Assembly: GCA_965660855.1 (NCBI GenBank)
Contig: CBFIBM010000005.1
Span: 65,056-129,055, forward strand
Length of the DNA stretch: 64,000 nt
Origin: an uncultured bacterium
GTDB lineage: Bacteria; Fidelibacterota; Marinisomatia; Marinisomatales; UBA1611
Direction of reading: 5' to 3'
The notes under the pieces are model-generated. The model was given only the letters and a program-made list of their open reading frames with translations, did not search any database and was not told the DNA's origin. The number at the start of each line of letters is the position of its first letter. Position 1 is the first letter of the stretch. Shown here piece after piece: positions 61,629 to 64,000 of this stretch. A program made the translations under genes and the position numbers.

Positions 61629-62123
61629 ATGTATTATTTGACAGGTATGATGGGGACTGGAAAAACTACAATTGGAGAATTATTAGCTCTGAATCTAAAA
61701 CTTCCATTCACAGATTTAGATAAGAAAATTGAAGAAAAATGTAAAAGAACAATTGCTGATTTATTTTTGACAGAGAATGAAAATTATTTTAGAAAATTGG
61801 AGTCTAATACTTTACATGATTCATCCTTGTCTGGTGTTGTATCTTGCGGAGGTGGTATTTTAGAACTCAAAAGGAATTGTGATTATTTAATGGATGCTGG
61901 TATAGTAATTTTTCTACATACCTCAACTGATGAAATTTATAGAAGGATAATAAAATCTAATAGTAGACCTCTTTTGAATACTGCAAACAAAAAAAAAACT
62001 ATAGAAGCTATTTGGGAAAAAAGAAAAGAAAAGTACAATAAATATTGTCATTATAAAATTAAAACAGATAATAAAACTATTGATGATATAGTTGAAGAGA
62101 TAAAAACACATATAAAAAAATGA
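61629..62123 (+). CDS. aroK: Shikimate kinase
   Basis: GMMGTGKTT, DLD, FR.LE, SCGGG, RPLL. Confidence 0.95.
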   Translation: MYYLTGMMGTGKTTIGELLALNLKLPFTDLDKKIEEKCKRTIADLFLTENENYFRKLESNTLHDSSLSGVVSCGGGILELKRNCDYLMDAGIVIFLHTSTDEIYRRIIKSNSRPLLNTANKKKTIEAIWEKRKEKYNKYCHYKIKTDNKTIDDIVEEIKTHIKK

Positions 62124-63184
62124 AAACTATACATTTACCACTCAAAACAAATTCTTATAATATTTATATTGAAAATAATTTATTAAATAATTTGAAAAAG
62201 GTATTAAGGAACGATCCTATAGATAAAGTCTTAATTATTTCTCAATTTAATATAATGGAATTGTTTGGTTTTAAACTTATAAAATATTTAAAAATTTTAG
62301 AATATAAAGTTGAATATATTACCCTACCAATTGGAGAAGCTGCAAAAAGTATAAATGAATATAATAGAAGTATTGAGCAAATGATTGAACTTGATTGCGA
62401 TAGATCAACATTAATTTTTGCGCTTGGTGGAGGAGTTGTTGGAGATGTCGCAGGGTTTATCGCATCTACATTTATGCGAGGAATTTCATATTATCAAATA
62501 CCAACCACATTACTATCAATGGTGGATTCTTCCGTTGGTGGAAAAACAGGCTTAAATACACCATTAGGTAAAAATTTAATTGGTTCAATTTATCAACCTA
62601 GAGGGGTTATCATCGATCCTACCCTCTTAAATAGTTTACCAAAAGAAGAAATTAATTCAGGTTTAGGTGAAATAATAAAATATGGCGCAATTAGAGATTT
62701 AAATCTTTTAAAAAGCCTAAATTTATGGTTAGATGATATAAAAACTTTACCTTATGAAGAAGCAATCTATGATTGTCTTAAAATTAAAGCTGATATTGTT
62801 GCACAAGATGAAAAAGAAACTAGTATTAGAAAAATATTAAATTTTGGTCATACTATTGGACATGCTTTAGAATCTCATTTTGGATATAATAAATTAAAGC
62901 ATGGTGAAGCAGTCTCATATGGAATGCTTTGCTCAACTAAAATTTCTAAAGACTTAAATTATATATCTAAAAATGACGAACAATTTCTATCAGATTTGAT
63001 AAAAAAATTACCACTTCCTAATATAAATTCTCCAGATATAGAAACCCTATTTCCTTATATACTTAATGATAAGAAGGTCTTTGATGGTAAAATTCATTTT
63101 ATCTTATTAGAAAGATTAGGAAAAGCATTTATAAATACCAATGTGACAAAGGAGATAATAAAAAAATCTTTGAGGGCAATATGA
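62120..63184 (+). CDS. aroB: 3-dehydroquinate synthase
   Basis: GE..K, ALGGGVVGDVAGF, PTTLLSMVDSSVGGKTG, KNLIG, LNFGHTIGHA, HGEAV, DKK. Confidence 0.97.
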   Translation: MKTIHLPLKTNSYNIYIENNLLNNLKKVLRNDPIDKVLIISQFNIMELFGFKLIKYLKILEYKVEYITLPIGEAAKSINEYNRSIEQMIELDCDRSTLIFALGGGVVGDVAGFIASTFMRGISYYQIPTTLLSMVDSSVGGKTGLNTPLGKNLIGSIYQPRGVIIDPTLLNSLPKEEINSGLGEIIKYGAIRDLNLLKSLNLWLDDIKTLPYEEAIYDCLKIKADIVAQDEKETSIRKILNFGHTIGHALESHFGYNKLKHGEAVSYGMLCSTKISKDLNYISKNDEQFLSDLIKKLPLPNINSPDIETLFPYILNDKKVFDGKIHFILLERLGKAFINTNVTKEIIKKSLRAI

Positions 63185-63612
63185 AGAAATACTTAATTAT
63201 TAATGGTCCCAACCTAAATCTCCTAGGATCGAGAAATCCTGAAATATACGGGAGAGAAAGCCTTCAAGATATTGAAAAATGGCTAAATATAAAAATTAAT
63301 AATAAAGATGTAAAAATATATTGGTACCACTCAAATCATGAAGGCAAAATAATCGATAGAATTCAAAGGGCCACTAATGAGAAAATAAATGGTATAATAT
63401 TAAATGCTGGCGCGTTGACTCATTATTCATATGCAATACGTGATGCAATATCAGCTTTTAAATTACCAGTGGTAGAAGTTCACCTGAGCGATATTAATAA
63501 ACGCGAAAAGTTTAGAAGTATTTCAGTGATCAAAGATGTTTGTATCAAACAGATATCTGGGCTAGGAAAGAATAGTTATCTAGAGGGTTTTAAAATACTC
63601 GAATCACTTTAA
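63181..63612 (+). CDS. aroQ: Type II 3-dehydroquinate dehydratase
   Basis: INGPNLNLLG.R.PEIYG, SNHEG, NAGALTHYS, EVHLS...REKFR. Confidence 0.96.
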   Translation: MKKYLIINGPNLNLLGSRNPEIYGRESLQDIEKWLNIKINNKDVKIYWYHSNHEGKIIDRIQRATNEKINGIILNAGALTHYSYAIRDAISAFKLPVVEVHLSDINKREKFRSISVIKDVCIKQISGLGKNSYLEGFKILESL

Positions 63613-64000
63613 AAACAACATCTTCTTTGTTTCACTGGAGTATTCCGTTTTTATAGTATAGAAGTAAATTCCTGTTGAAACATCATCTCCAAATTCATTT
63701 GTCGCATCCCATTGGATTGAATGGCGTCCTGTAGACATACTCTTTCTAGTTAATGACTTTACATAATTACCTTTAAGATCATATATATTGATATTTACAT
63801 ATGAATCTTGAGAAAGTGAATATGAAATATTTGTTACAGGGTTAAATGGATTAGGGTAATTTTGATATAGCATAAATCCAGATGCAAGCAAATGGGAAGG
63901 TTTGGTTGACAATGTAATACATTCACCATTTAAAATTCCAGGAGTTGGGTTCGTAAAACAACCATTGCCATTTTCATCAAAACTCTGAGAAAGGGAAACA
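63604..64000 (-). CDS. C-terminal part of a secreted protein with a T9SS type-A/FlgD-Ig-like sorting domain (gene begins beyond the right edge)
   Basis: The frame stays open to the window edge (VSLSQSFDENGNGCFTNPTPGILNGEC...). It then reads LYQNYPNPFNP.T.I.Y...IYDLKG..V...G.H.I.WDA.N..G..VSTGIYFY...TKKMLFLK. PTPG..N resembles the end of a lamin-tail domain. Confidence 0.85.
   Translation of the reverse strand, partial: VSLSQSFDENGNGCFTNPTPGILNGECITLSTKPSHLLASGFMLYQNYPNPFNPVTNISYSLSQDSYVNINIYDLKGNYVKSLTRKSMSTGRHSIQWDATNEFGDDVSTGIYFYTIKTEYSSETKKMLFLK

Overview
A 64-kb, AT-rich (roughly 30% GC by eye), gene-dense bacterial chromosome segment. No mobile elements, CRISPR arrays or rRNA are visible. 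A T9SS-type C-terminal sorting domain, a fungal/Bacteroidota-type IlvC and the receiver/PEP-synthase-like gene next to gdhA point to an FCB-group organism, plausibly marine Marinimicrobia (inference). The left third is housekeeping: uvrC-uvrB, trkAH, murA, recN, acpS, pgk-tpiA-secG and two tRNAs. The right two-thirds is a nitrogen and amino-acid biosynthesis cluster: gdhA; porin-amtB-PII; a 10-gene ilvD-ilvB-ilvH-ilvC-leuB-leuA-leuC-leuD-cimA-gltB operon; asnB; chorismate mutase; and a 16-gene, 14-kb run holding the shikimate, Trp, Phe and Tyr pathways. The main finds are absent from the ORF track. (1) A 23-codon leader peptide carrying W-F-W-Y-Y, with protector, antiterminator and terminator hairpins, directly upstream of the aromatic supra-operon; it is a candidate single attenuator sensing all three aromatic amino acids. 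(2) An Ile-rich 38-codon leader with a long stem-loop upstream of the citramalate-type branched-chain operon. Also notable are a secreted protein with a dense array of D-(S/T)-aliphatic O-glycosylation-like sequons, an animal/giant-virus-like asparagine synthetase, and a PII protein lacking Tyr51 and Gln39.
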